Positions 1 to 8,543 of a stretch of 64,000 bases of DNA are shown here, one piece after another. The notes under the pieces are model-generated. The model was given only the letters and a program-made list of their open reading frames with translations. It was not told the DNA's origin and did no database searches. Both the position numbers and the translations under genes were made by a program. The DNA is taken from assembly GCA_944386165.1 (NCBI GenBank), contig CALXAA010000001.1:67231-131230 (forward strand). The letters are read 5' to 3'. The stretch comes from an uncultured Clostridia bacterium. GTDB taxonomy: Bacteria; Bacillota; Clostridia; TANB77; CAG-508. Position 1 is the first letter of the stretch, and every line of letters starts with the position of its first letter.

Positions 1-32
1 AAAATAACCTTTATTTATACTAATTTTTAAAA

Positions 33-455
33 CTAATTATTTATTCTGCTTAAGTATGTTTCTAAAATATATACTGCAGAAATAGTATCTACTAAATTTT
101 TCTTTTTATACTTATTAATTTCTAACAAATTCATTGTTTTGTGTGCGGCAACTGTTGTTAGTCTTTCATCAATTGTTTCTATTTTCATTTTATTGTATTT
201 GCACTTTAATTTATGAATGAATTTGTCTGTAATTTCTGTTCTATCTGATTCTGTACCGTTCATGTTTATTGGTCTTCCAATAACAATAGTATCTATTTGG
301 TATTGTGCAAATATTTCATCAAGTCTTTTTAGGATTATTTTGTCTGAGCCTTTATTATTTATAGTCTCTAATCCTTGTGCTGTAATATTTAAAGGATCAG
401 TAATTGCAATTCCAGTTCTGGAATCACCATAATCTATTCCTAAAATTCTCATCAT
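33..455 (-). CDS. ruvX: Holliday junction resolvase-like nuclease RuvX/YqgF
   Basis: 140-aa ORF. The N-terminus MRILGIDYGDSRTGIA is typical of the YqgF/RuvX RNase H-fold family. It lies directly downstream of ireB, as in many Firmicutes. Confidence 0.9.
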   Translation of the reverse strand: MMRILGIDYGDSRTGIAITDPLNITAQGLETINNKGSDKIILKRLDEIFAQYQIDTIVIGRPINMNGTESDRTEITDKFIHKLKCKYNKMKIETIDERLTTVAAHKTMNLLEINKYKKKNLVDTISAVYILETYLSRINN

Positions 456-477
456 AAAAAATATAATTTCCTTTCAT

Positions 478-732
478 TTAGTCTTCTAAATCAATAAAAT
501 TTCTAACCATTTTTTCAAGTAATTCGTCTCTTTCTATTGCTCTAATTTTATTTCTTGCATTATTATGACTAGTAATATATGTTGGATCTCCTGATAAAAT
601 ATATCCAACTATTTGATTAATAGGATTATATCCTTTTTCAACTAACGCATCATATACTTCTCTTAGTATCTCTTTAGCCTTTTCATTTTTTTCCTTTTCG
701 AAATCGAAACTCATTGTTTTATCAAAATCCAT
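478..732 (-). CDS. ireB: IreB/UPF0297 family regulatory phosphoprotein (YrzL-like)
   Basis: 84-aa ORF containing [26 protein letters not shown], the conserved core of UPF0297/IreB. Confidence 0.85.
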   Translation of the reverse strand: MDFDKTMSFDFEKEKNEKAKEILREVYDALVEKGYNPINQIVGYILSGDPTYITSHNNARNKIRAIERDELLEKMVRNFIDLED

Positions 733-765
733 AATATAGCCCTTTCTTTTATAAATTGTATTTTA

Positions 766-1905
766 TTAGATTGTTGTTATACTATTTTCACTTTTTTCAC
801 AACTATCTATGTATTGTTCAAGTTTTTTTAGTACTTCTTCCATTCCTGTTCCTTTATAGTATGTTGTTATTACAAAATTTAATTTTGGACTTACCATTTG
901 TGGTTTTTTTGATTTTTTATTTGTTTTGTTTTTTCTGTCCATAGCTTCTAATTCAACTTCTTCAAAATTATCTTTTTCTGATGATATCTGCATTTTTTCT
1001 AATTCTTGTTTTATGTTTTCTATGTAACTTATTGCCGAATTTGGGTCTACTCCAGAAAATACTATAACAAATTTAGGTCCCATATATCTTATAAAAATAT
1101 ATTCATCTACTATATTTTTCTTTATATAATCACTAATTTTTATAATTGTTTGATTTCCTAGTTCTCTAGAATATTTTTCATTAATTTCTTCTATATTTGT
1201 TATTCTAAACATACATACTGCTGAAGTAGTATATTTGTCTATAATTTTTTTTCCTTCTCCATATAAATATTCCTCAGAATATAATCCTGTAAATAAATCT
1301 TTTCTAACAATAGATTCAAGTGTTTTTTGGTGTACTACAGATCTTAAAACAGATACTATATTATCTTTTATTACTTCAAATATTGTTGTGTCAATATTGT
1401 CAAAATCATGTGGCACTCCACTTTCAATTATCCAGTACCCAATATATACATTATCTTCATATATAGGGAAAAATATTGCTGATTTTGCTCTTGCAAATTC
1501 TGATTCTTGATATGGCAATTTTTCACTATCATTATTAACTGTTATATATTTGGGTGTTGCTGTTGCAACACTATCTTTAAATATTGGAACATCTTGCAAT
1601 CTTCTTAGTGTATCCCAATGCTTTTTATCAACATTTGATGCTTTTATTTGATATTCTGCTCCATCAAAAACTACTATAGTTGAATACTTTATTTCATATT
1701 TTTCTATTAATATATCATTTATTTTTTGTATTTTCTCGTCTACTGAAGAAGTTTCTCCAACAGTACTTAAAAAATCTTGTAATACTCTTAAATTATTAGC
1801 TTGTCTATTTAAGGCATTAAATTGCTCAATTTTCTTATGTATTGTTATATTATAAATTAGTAAACCAATTATTATTGCAACTAATATTATTATAATTATT
1901 GTCAC
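766..1905 (-). CDS. Single-pass membrane protein with a C-terminal degenerate GGDEF-like domain
   Basis: N-terminal TM segment (IIIIILVAIIIGLLIY). The C-terminal region LFTGLYSEEYL...FRITNIEEINEKY...IRYMGPKFVIVF has the GGDEF-fold pattern, but the signature reads MGPKF. It starts 19 nt after the upstream gene. Confidence 0.55.
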   Translation of the reverse strand: MTIIIIILVAIIIGLLIYNITIHKKIEQFNALNRQANNLRVLQDFLSTVGETSSVDEKIQKINDILIEKYEIKYSTIVVFDGAEYQIKASNVDKKHWDTLRRLQDVPIFKDSVATATPKYITVNNDSEKLPYQESEFARAKSAIFFPIYEDNVYIGYWIIESGVPHDFDNIDTTIFEVIKDNIVSVLRSVVHQKTLESIVRKDLFTGLYSEEYLYGEGKKIIDKYTTSAVCMFRITNIEEINEKYSRELGNQTIIKISDYIKKNIVDEYIFIRYMGPKFVIVFSGVDPNSAISYIENIKQELEKMQISSEKDNFEEVELEAMDRKNKTNKKSKKPQMVSPKLNFVITTYYKGTGMEEVLKKLEQYIDSCEKSENSITTI

Positions 1906-1924
1906 CCGTTTTCAACCTCCAATA

Positions 1925-4216
1925 CTAATAATTTCTTTTCATTTGATTAAATGTGTTGCTTTTCATAGATGGCGGAACATATTTTCCATTTCCTTGTGGT
2001 CCTCTTTTTTCATAAACCATTGTAGCTAATTGTTTTAGACTTTGTAATAATTCTTTAGAGTAACCTTTTAATGAGACATCACAAACTACTAGTCCATCTA
2101 AATATCTTAAATATGTTTTTAGTTCAAATGGTACTGTTATACGTTTTACTGTTCTTCTATTAAATAATTCTTTTCGAACAGTCATTCCAGCATCATTATA
2201 TATTGATATTCCTCCTACTAATAAATCTTCATTTAGTTCTTTTGTTTTAATATATTTATTTAAAACAACTCTTGCTTTTGATTCATTAAATATTCCTTTA
2301 TCACTTAACTTTCTTAAAAATGCTGTAAGCGGTTGAATTGTAAGTATATCCATTGATTGAACTAAATAAATTTCTTGTGCATATTTAAAATATCTTTCTG
2401 GAGTTGAAAAATCACAATCCATCAATATTATATTATGATTCCTTAGTAATGTTTGTATTATTGGTTCAACGTCATTCATTTCTTCTATATCAAATGCTGA
2501 TGTATAAACTGTTAAGTCTTTATGAACTTCTACTCCCTTCGCAATATTATTTGTTAAATTTGAAAAACATTCATTGGCTCTAACTCTTAGGTTTTCTTCA
2601 TTTTTTGTATATATATAATATGCATTTCTGTTTTGTGTTAGGTCTAAAATTGCTGTATTTACTCCATTCATTGATAGTATTTCAGCAACATTGTTTACTA
2701 AAAATGATGTTCCGTTTTTACTTGTTCCAACAAATGCTACTAATTTTTGTTCAGAAGATATTATATTGTCTATATCTAATTCTTCATATTGTTTTTCTGT
2801 ATAGTAATTTTCGTTTCGAGTATAGTTATCACTATAGTTTTGAGTATTTGTTTCAAATCCTGGCAAAACACTGTTTTGAGAATCGTCTTCTTCTTCTTCA
2901 TATATTGTGTTTTTACTATGTGATGTTTCTTCAAATCCTGGTAATATTGTTTCTGTATTATCTTGTTCAATATTTGGTAATAAATTTTCTAATTCATCAT
3001 CTTCTGTTTGAGTATTTTCAAAACCAGGTAATATTGTTTCTTTTTCGTTTATATTATTGTCAAATTCTGATAAGTTGTCCTCTTCAATTACTTCTGTTTT
3101 TCTTGGACGTCCTCTTTTTCTTTTTGGGGTTTGTTCTACAGGCTCTGTAACAATTTTCTTTGGTCTACCTCTTCCTCTTTTTACTGGTTGTTCTGGTTTT
3201 TCTTCTATAGTGTTTTCTACATTGATATCTGTTATTTCATCAATGTCACTAGTGCTTTCAATTGGGGCAAAGTCATTAAGTTCATCAAAGCTATCATCTT
3301 CTACTTGATTATTAATTGATTGTATGTTGTTTGTAATAATCTTTTTTTGTTGATTAGAACTCATAGCTGATGGTATAACTACAGGTTCTTTCATTGTACT
3401 GGTTGAACCATTTCCTAGCATTATTTCACTTGTTCCAGATTTTTCTTCTTGTTTTTTATCTTGTTTTCTTTTTTGCCTTGTTTCTCTACTTGAAAATCTT
3501 ACATTGTTTGACATTCTACCATTGATTGAATTAAGTTGTATATATCTATTTGATTTTTCTTCTAAAACAGCTTTTATGTTTAATGGTAGGAATTGGCATA
3601 TTATTTTTAGTTGTTTATCATTGTATTGACTTGCTATACTATCAAAACTTTCTACAATTTTTTCTTCATCAGCACCAATTTTCTTATAATGTGCTAGTAT
3701 ATTTTGAATTTCTAATTCACTTACTTCATTTTCGTCATCTTTTTCATAATTAACATCTTTTGCATCAATTTTATAGTAGATTTTTGCTTCTTTTTTAGAA
3801 CGTGGTCTGTTTATTAATCTACATACTTCATTAATACTTCTGTCACTTCCTAAAATTGCATTATAAATTCCTATACCAAATAGTTTTACAAGTAGTTCTT
3901 CTCCTTTTTGTCTTCTTTCTTCACAAATTAGTATTATAGGAATATCTTCACCTTTTAAATTAGATGCTTCATCACTAATGCTATCTAGTCTTCCAAATAT
4001 GAAGTTGTCCATTTGTTCATAATCTGCATTTACATATTGTTCTAGGTCTTCACTTATCACTACTCTATCATATGTTTTGTCTCTTTGTAATTCTTTTAAT
4101 ATTGCATTAAAGTAATATACATTTTTGTATGTTATTATTTCTTTGAATTCTTTTTGATATTGATTTACAATTGTTTCTGACATTTTTTCATTGCTTACTG
4201 CAAATAAAACTCTCAT
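1925..4216 (-). CDS. Multidomain protein: receiver-like N-terminus, acidic linker with two AT-hooks, C-terminal ParA/MinD-like domain (degenerate Walker A)
   Basis: 763-aa ORF. Contains KRGRGRPKK and KRKRGRPRK AT-hook cores. The C-terminal KLVAFVGTSKNGTSFLVNNVAEIL ... NIILMDCDFS resembles a MinD/ParA P-loop and Walker B. The overall layout recalls TadZ/CpaE. Confidence 0.5.
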   Translation of the reverse strand: MRVLFAVSNEKMSETIVNQYQKEFKEIITYKNVYYFNAILKELQRDKTYDRVVISEDLEQYVNADYEQMDNFIFGRLDSISDEASNLKGEDIPIILICEERRQKGEELLVKLFGIGIYNAILGSDRSINEVCRLINRPRSKKEAKIYYKIDAKDVNYEKDDENEVSELEIQNILAHYKKIGADEEKIVESFDSIASQYNDKQLKIICQFLPLNIKAVLEEKSNRYIQLNSINGRMSNNVRFSSRETRQKRKQDKKQEEKSGTSEIMLGNGSTSTMKEPVVIPSAMSSNQQKKIITNNIQSINNQVEDDSFDELNDFAPIESTSDIDEITDINVENTIEEKPEQPVKRGRGRPKKIVTEPVEQTPKRKRGRPRKTEVIEEDNLSEFDNNINEKETILPGFENTQTEDDELENLLPNIEQDNTETILPGFEETSHSKNTIYEEEEDDSQNSVLPGFETNTQNYSDNYTRNENYYTEKQYEELDIDNIISSEQKLVAFVGTSKNGTSFLVNNVAEILSMNGVNTAILDLTQNRNAYYIYTKNEENLRVRANECFSNLTNNIAKGVEVHKDLTVYTSAFDIEEMNDVEPIIQTLLRNHNIILMDCDFSTPERYFKYAQEIYLVQSMDILTIQPLTAFLRKLSDKGIFNESKARVVLNKYIKTKELNEDLLVGGISIYNDAGMTVRKELFNRRTVKRITVPFELKTYLRYLDGLVVCDVSLKGYSKELLQSLKQLATMVYEKRGPQGNGKYVPPSMKSNTFNQMKRNY

Positions 4217-4219
4217 TTG

Positions 4220-4624
4220 TTACCCCCTTCCAAATTTTACAATAATAGCAAAGGCTAATGGTAAAATTTGACATATTACTAAAATGGTTATAAAAGAAAC
4301 CATCATTACTAATCCTTTTTCTTGAGTATCTAATTTTCTTATTCCTATAATATATTGATATATTGCGCTTATTGCTATTCCCAGAAAGCATAACGGAATA
4401 CTATATATTCTTATAATATTTAAAACATATGCCGTTATTCCATATGCATCTGATCCATATTTTTCTTTATAATCTTCTATTGATTTTGCTGCATTTTCTT
4501 TTATTTCTATTAATTTGCTTTCATTTTCTGTATCAATTATATCATTTTCTGCATAAACTTTAGTACATGTAAATACAGAAAATATTACCATTAGTATTGC
4601 AACACTCGCAAATATTTTTTTCAT
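4220..4624 (-). CDS. Small secreted/membrane protein (signal peptide plus two C-terminal TM helices)
   Basis: 134 aa. Signal-like N-terminus ending VYA, a charged helical segment, then two hydrophobic helices. It is the first gene of a tight operon, with its stop 3 nt before the next start. Confidence 0.5.
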   Translation of the reverse strand: MKKIFASVAILMVIFSVFTCTKVYAENDIIDTENESKLIEIKENAAKSIEDYKEKYGSDAYGITAYVLNIIRIYSIPLCFLGIAISAIYQYIIGIRKLDTQEKGLVMMVSFITILVICQILPLAFAIIVKFGRG

Positions 4625-4684
4625 ATCATTATATATCCTTTCTAACTCAATTTTACCTATATATCATACACTAGAATTAAAAAA

Positions 4685-4706
4685 ATAGCAAGTTTTTTCT
4701 TGCTAT
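4685..4706 (-). terminator. Rho-independent terminator after the glucosaminidase gene
   Basis: atagcaag/cttgctat 8-bp stem flanked by an A-run and a T-run, immediately after the stop at 4710. Confidence 0.65.
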
Positions 4707-4709
4707 TTT

Positions 4710-5885
4710 TTATATTTTTTTATATAAATATTCCATATAGTTATAAACTTTTTCTGCCCACCCTGTATCTGTGGCATATTTTTTGTTTACTGCGGAAACT
4801 GTGTTTCCGTTATAATATGTACCTACTGCTGTTTCTCCATTGCTAATTGCTGTTCCTTTTGGATTTAAATAATATTTAACTAACATTCTTGCAATAAAAT
4901 CAATGCCTTCTGCATATGTTTCAAATGTGCTTGCACTGTTATAAGGACTTGAATCATAAGCTCTATATCCAAATAAATTATTTTTGTTTTTTGCAATTCT
5001 TGATGTTCCCCATCCACTCTCATGTATTCCTATTGCCGCTACAAAAATTCCGTTTATATTATATTGTTTTTCAATGTAATAAAAATATTCTGCATTACTA
5101 CTAAATATTCCATTTACATCCTTGGAATCCGAAAGTACTTTTTTAAATTGTTCTAAACTTAATCCACTTGGTTTATTAAGAGCCATATCAAATGAATATA
5201 TTATATTTTTATTTAAATCTTCGTCTATAAAGTTTGGATTTGAGTATATACTTGCAATATTTTGAGATTTTACCCATCCTTTTTTGCCATTTATAGATAT
5301 TTTACACCAGTCTCCATCTATTTGTAATACTTTTAATTGTGTGTTTTTTGATAATGTGGTTATTTTGGTACTTTGTTCGTTGTTTTCTGCCATAACTTCT
5401 GCTCTATCTGATGTAATATATACCTCGCTTCCTTCAGAAATTTTATATGCTGTTTTTGTAGTTGATGTTCCAACTTCAACTATTTTGTTTACCACTCCAA
5501 TGATTGTTGTAGAACTTATTTCTTCTTCATGTATTTCTCCGTTTTCATCTATTGTTCTTTTCTTTACTACCTGCTCTTTACCTGTTCTTCCTTCCTGAAC
5601 GACTTGCATGGTTCCTACAGGTAATTCATCATTATTTTTATATTGTGTTATATATTCAACATTAATTTCTTCTGTTATTATTTGTTCTGTATTTTCTTTT
5701 GTATTTTGTTGAATAATTTTTTCAATATCGACTTTTTCTGCATTAGATATTTTTACATATTCTACTTCACCACTGTTTGCAAATACTACTTTTTTATATA
5801 AATAGTTGTACAAAGTAAATATTAATATTATAATTACAATAAATATGATACTAATTAAAGCTTTTCTTTTTTCTTTTGAATTCAT
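4710..5885 (-). CDS. Membrane-anchored peptidoglycan hydrolase (G5 + SH3 + N-acetylglucosaminidase domains)
   Basis: N-terminal TM. G5-like segment VVQEGRTGKEQVVKKRTIDENGE. SH3-like segment LKVLQIDGDWCKISINGKKGWV. Glucosaminidase core AAIGIHESGWGTSRIAKNKNNLFGYRAYD. Confidence 0.8.
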   Translation of the reverse strand: MNSKEKRKALISIIFIVIIILIFTLYNYLYKKVVFANSGEVEYVKISNAEKVDIEKIIQQNTKENTEQIITEEINVEYITQYKNNDELPVGTMQVVQEGRTGKEQVVKKRTIDENGEIHEEEISSTTIIGVVNKIVEVGTSTTKTAYKISEGSEVYITSDRAEVMAENNEQSTKITTLSKNTQLKVLQIDGDWCKISINGKKGWVKSQNIASIYSNPNFIDEDLNKNIIYSFDMALNKPSGLSLEQFKKVLSDSKDVNGIFSSNAEYFYYIEKQYNINGIFVAAIGIHESGWGTSRIAKNKNNLFGYRAYDSSPYNSASTFETYAEGIDFIARMLVKYYLNPKGTAISNGETAVGTYYNGNTVSAVNKKYATDTGWAEKVYNYMEYLYKKI

Positions 5886-6078
5886 TCTTTATTACAATTA
5901 GTTTTTAACTAATTATTCTCCTTTCGTGGAAAATAGCCTTTTATAATATAATTTTAGTATTTATATCATTTTTTGTCAATTATTTTTTTCTGGAAAATTT
6001 TAATATTCTATTGCTTAATATCATATTTTATAATATCATAATTAAAATTGTGTATTTTTACAAAGGAGGAGATTTTAT

Positions 6079-6882
6079 TTGAAAAAATTAACCAAAAGTT
6101 CAATTTTTGTAATAACTTTTGCTATTTCTATTTTTTTGCTAATTTATCTTTGTAATATTGTTTATACAACTTTTTTAAATAAACTTTACATGGAAAATTA
6201 TTTTCAAAATAATACAGTTTTTAGTATAAATAAAATTGTTCTTTTTAGTAGCGCCAGTGGTGATTCTGTTGTTAATTCAAATAATACTACTACTATAAAC
6301 AATTTAATTCAGTATACTGATATTGCTATTTTTATTGATAATAATGCTGGTGAATATACTTTAGAAAATACTTTAAAATCTGTATCTATAGAAAATCTTT
6401 CTATTAATACAACTCCAAAAGTTGGAAATGCAAATATATATTATAAAGGGTTAGATTCATTTTCTACTCCTCAAATTTCTGAAAATAATATAATTGACAC
6501 AAACTTAAATTTTGAGGTTTCTTCAGAAGATACAATTGATTATTCAAAACCAATATTATATAATAACTGTGCAAATCCAATTACTATTAGCTATGTAAAC
6601 TCTAATTTAATTGATAATTACACAATTAATACTGAAAATCAAATTGCTTATGATGGCTCTCTTTTAAAAGATTGTAATATTGTATTAAATGATTTAAAAT
6701 GTAGCTTTAGTTTTTATATTGTAATTGAAAATAATCTTGGATATAAATATAGATGCCCAGTTTATATTGATATTCCATTATCAAATGAGAATACCTCTAT
6801 TTATGATGGCACCTATATATATACTTATAATCCAAATTATGAATTTTATTTATATACAAATTCTAGTGAACTAGTTTCCTAG
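6079..6882 (+). CDS. Hypothetical N-terminally anchored, Asn-rich extracellular protein
   Basis: TTG start preceded by a strong SD (aaaggaggag). One N-terminal TM. No motif I recognise. Confidence 0.5.
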   Translation: MKKLTKSSIFVITFAISIFLLIYLCNIVYTTFLNKLYMENYFQNNTVFSINKIVLFSSASGDSVVNSNNTTTINNLIQYTDIAIFIDNNAGEYTLENTLKSVSIENLSINTTPKVGNANIYYKGLDSFSTPQISENNIIDTNLNFEVSSEDTIDYSKPILYNNCANPITISYVNSNLIDNYTINTENQIAYDGSLLKDCNIVLNDLKCSFSFYIVIENNLGYKYRCPVYIDIPLSNENTSIYDGTYIYTYNPNYEFYLYTNSSELVS

Positions 6883-7025
6883 GATTTTTTTATGATATTT
6901 CTATAATATTCAGCAATTAATTCGTCAAGTTCAATGCTTAATTGATAAATTATATTATAATCTTGTCCTGTAACAATACTTTCATTTAATTTATCTCGTA
7001 ATTTACAAATTTCATCATTTAACAT
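6879..7025 (-). CDS. Spo0E-family sporulation regulatory (aspartyl-phosphate phosphatase-like) protein
   Basis: 48-aa ORF, below the ORF-track cutoff: MLNDEICKLRDKLNESIVTGQDYNIIYQLSIELDELIAEYYRNIIKKS. It carries the S-x-E-L-D-x-L-I signature of Spo0E-like proteins. SD aaggag lies 9 nt upstream. Confidence 0.6.
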   Translation of the reverse strand: MLNDEICKLRDKLNESIVTGQDYNIIYQLSIELDELIAEYYRNIIKKS

Positions 7026-7221
7026 ACAGCATCACTCCTTTTTTTACATTTATTTATCTGTACATTAATAAATTAACATATTTTTACATTTTAGTCAATA
7101 AAATGTTTCATTATTTTTACTATTCGTATTACAATTTTGTATAATATATATAATTTTTTGACATTTTATTATCAGTTATTACATAATTTGTCAAAATAAC
7201 TATTACTTTTTAGTTACATTT

Positions 7222-8493
7222 TTACTTTTTTATTACAGAAATTACCATTTTTTCTTCTTTAAATACTTCTTTTAGTATTTGTTCTACATAATTCTCGTTT
7301 ATAATTGGAATCTCTTCTAAATAATCAAAACTATTTATAACTTTAAAAAAGTCTGATAAAAACATTCTAGCAATTTCTCCTGCTTCATTGAATTCTCTAA
7401 CATATGAACCATATATTGTTTTTTTAGTTCTTTCAAATTCTTCTTTATCTATCCCTTTTTGCTTAATTTCATTAATTGTATTTTTGAATTTTTCATAAAC
7501 TTTTTCTGGTAATTTAGATTGTCCTGTAATTAAAATATGTGAATATCCTGCTCCAAATTCATAATCTAAACTAGGTGTTGTAAATAAAATTCCTTCATTA
7601 TATAAATCTTGATATAATTTTGAACTTTTTCCAATTATAATGCTTAGTAATATTTCAATTGCTATGTGTTTTTTTACTTTTTCTTTTTCATTTACTATTT
7701 TGTCTTTAATTCCTATAGTAAATAATGGTTCACTTACATCCATTTTTTGTTCAATTTTTTCTTTTACTATACTTTCTTCTTCTTCTGGATAAATTCTCTT
7801 TATTTCTCCATTTGCTTTTTTATCTATTAGCCTATTTTTTATTTCTTGTAATAATTGTTCAGGTTCAAAATCTCCACATACAACCATTGCCATATTTGAT
7901 GGATTATAAAATGTGTTATAACATTTATATAAAATCTCTTTATCTATATGACTTATAGTTTCTATTGTTCCTGTAATGTCTAATTTTACTGGATGATTAT
8001 GGTACATTGCTTCTAATGTATTTAAATATACTTTCCATTCAGGATAATCATCATACATCATTATCTCTTGTCCAATTATTCCTTTTTCTTTTTCAACATT
8101 TTCATCTGTAAAATATGGGTGTTGTACATAATCCATTAATTCATCTAATGCTGGGTAAAAATTTTCTGTACATTCAAATAAATATGCTGTATGGTCATTT
8201 GTTGTATATGCATTTGCTTCAACTCCTAGAGCCGTTAATGTGTCTAAACTATTTACTCCACTTTCTTGTTCAAACATTTTATGTTCTAAAAAATGTGCAA
8301 CTCCCTTAGGGACTTCTGTTACTTGTTCCTCTCCTGGAACAATAAATTTACTATCATTAGATCCATAATTCGTTCCCCATATTACATATTTTTTTTGAAT
8401 TCCCTTTTTAGGAATAATCATTATAGTTAATCCGTTTTCTAGTTTCTCTATATATAACTTTTCTTTTACTTTAGAATTTTCTATTATTTGCAT
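7222..8493 (-). CDS. M16 (insulinase/pitrilysin) family zinc peptidase, active subunit
   Basis: HFLEHKMFE matches the inverted zinc motif HxxEH. 423 aa, paired with a second M16 gene. Confidence 0.85.
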   Translation of the reverse strand: MQIIENSKVKEKLYIEKLENGLTIMIIPKKGIQKKYVIWGTNYGSNDSKFIVPGEEQVTEVPKGVAHFLEHKMFEQESGVNSLDTLTALGVEANAYTTNDHTAYLFECTENFYPALDELMDYVQHPYFTDENVEKEKGIIGQEIMMYDDYPEWKVYLNTLEAMYHNHPVKLDITGTIETISHIDKEILYKCYNTFYNPSNMAMVVCGDFEPEQLLQEIKNRLIDKKANGEIKRIYPEEEESIVKEKIEQKMDVSEPLFTIGIKDKIVNEKEKVKKHIAIEILLSIIIGKSSKLYQDLYNEGILFTTPSLDYEFGAGYSHILITGQSKLPEKVYEKFKNTINEIKQKGIDKEEFERTKKTIYGSYVREFNEAGEIARMFLSDFFKVINSFDYLEEIPIINENYVEQILKEVFKEEKMVISVIKK

Positions 8494-8543
8494 TTTTTTC
8501 TTTCCTTTCGCTTTTTTTATTCAAATATTCTGCTTCATTTTTC

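Noticed and set aside
2605-3150. 181-aa plus-strand ORF, along with 3057-3308 and 3131-3319
   Set aside because: These are antisense to the low-complexity linker of the 763-aa protein. The Leu/Phe-rich sequence has no start context.
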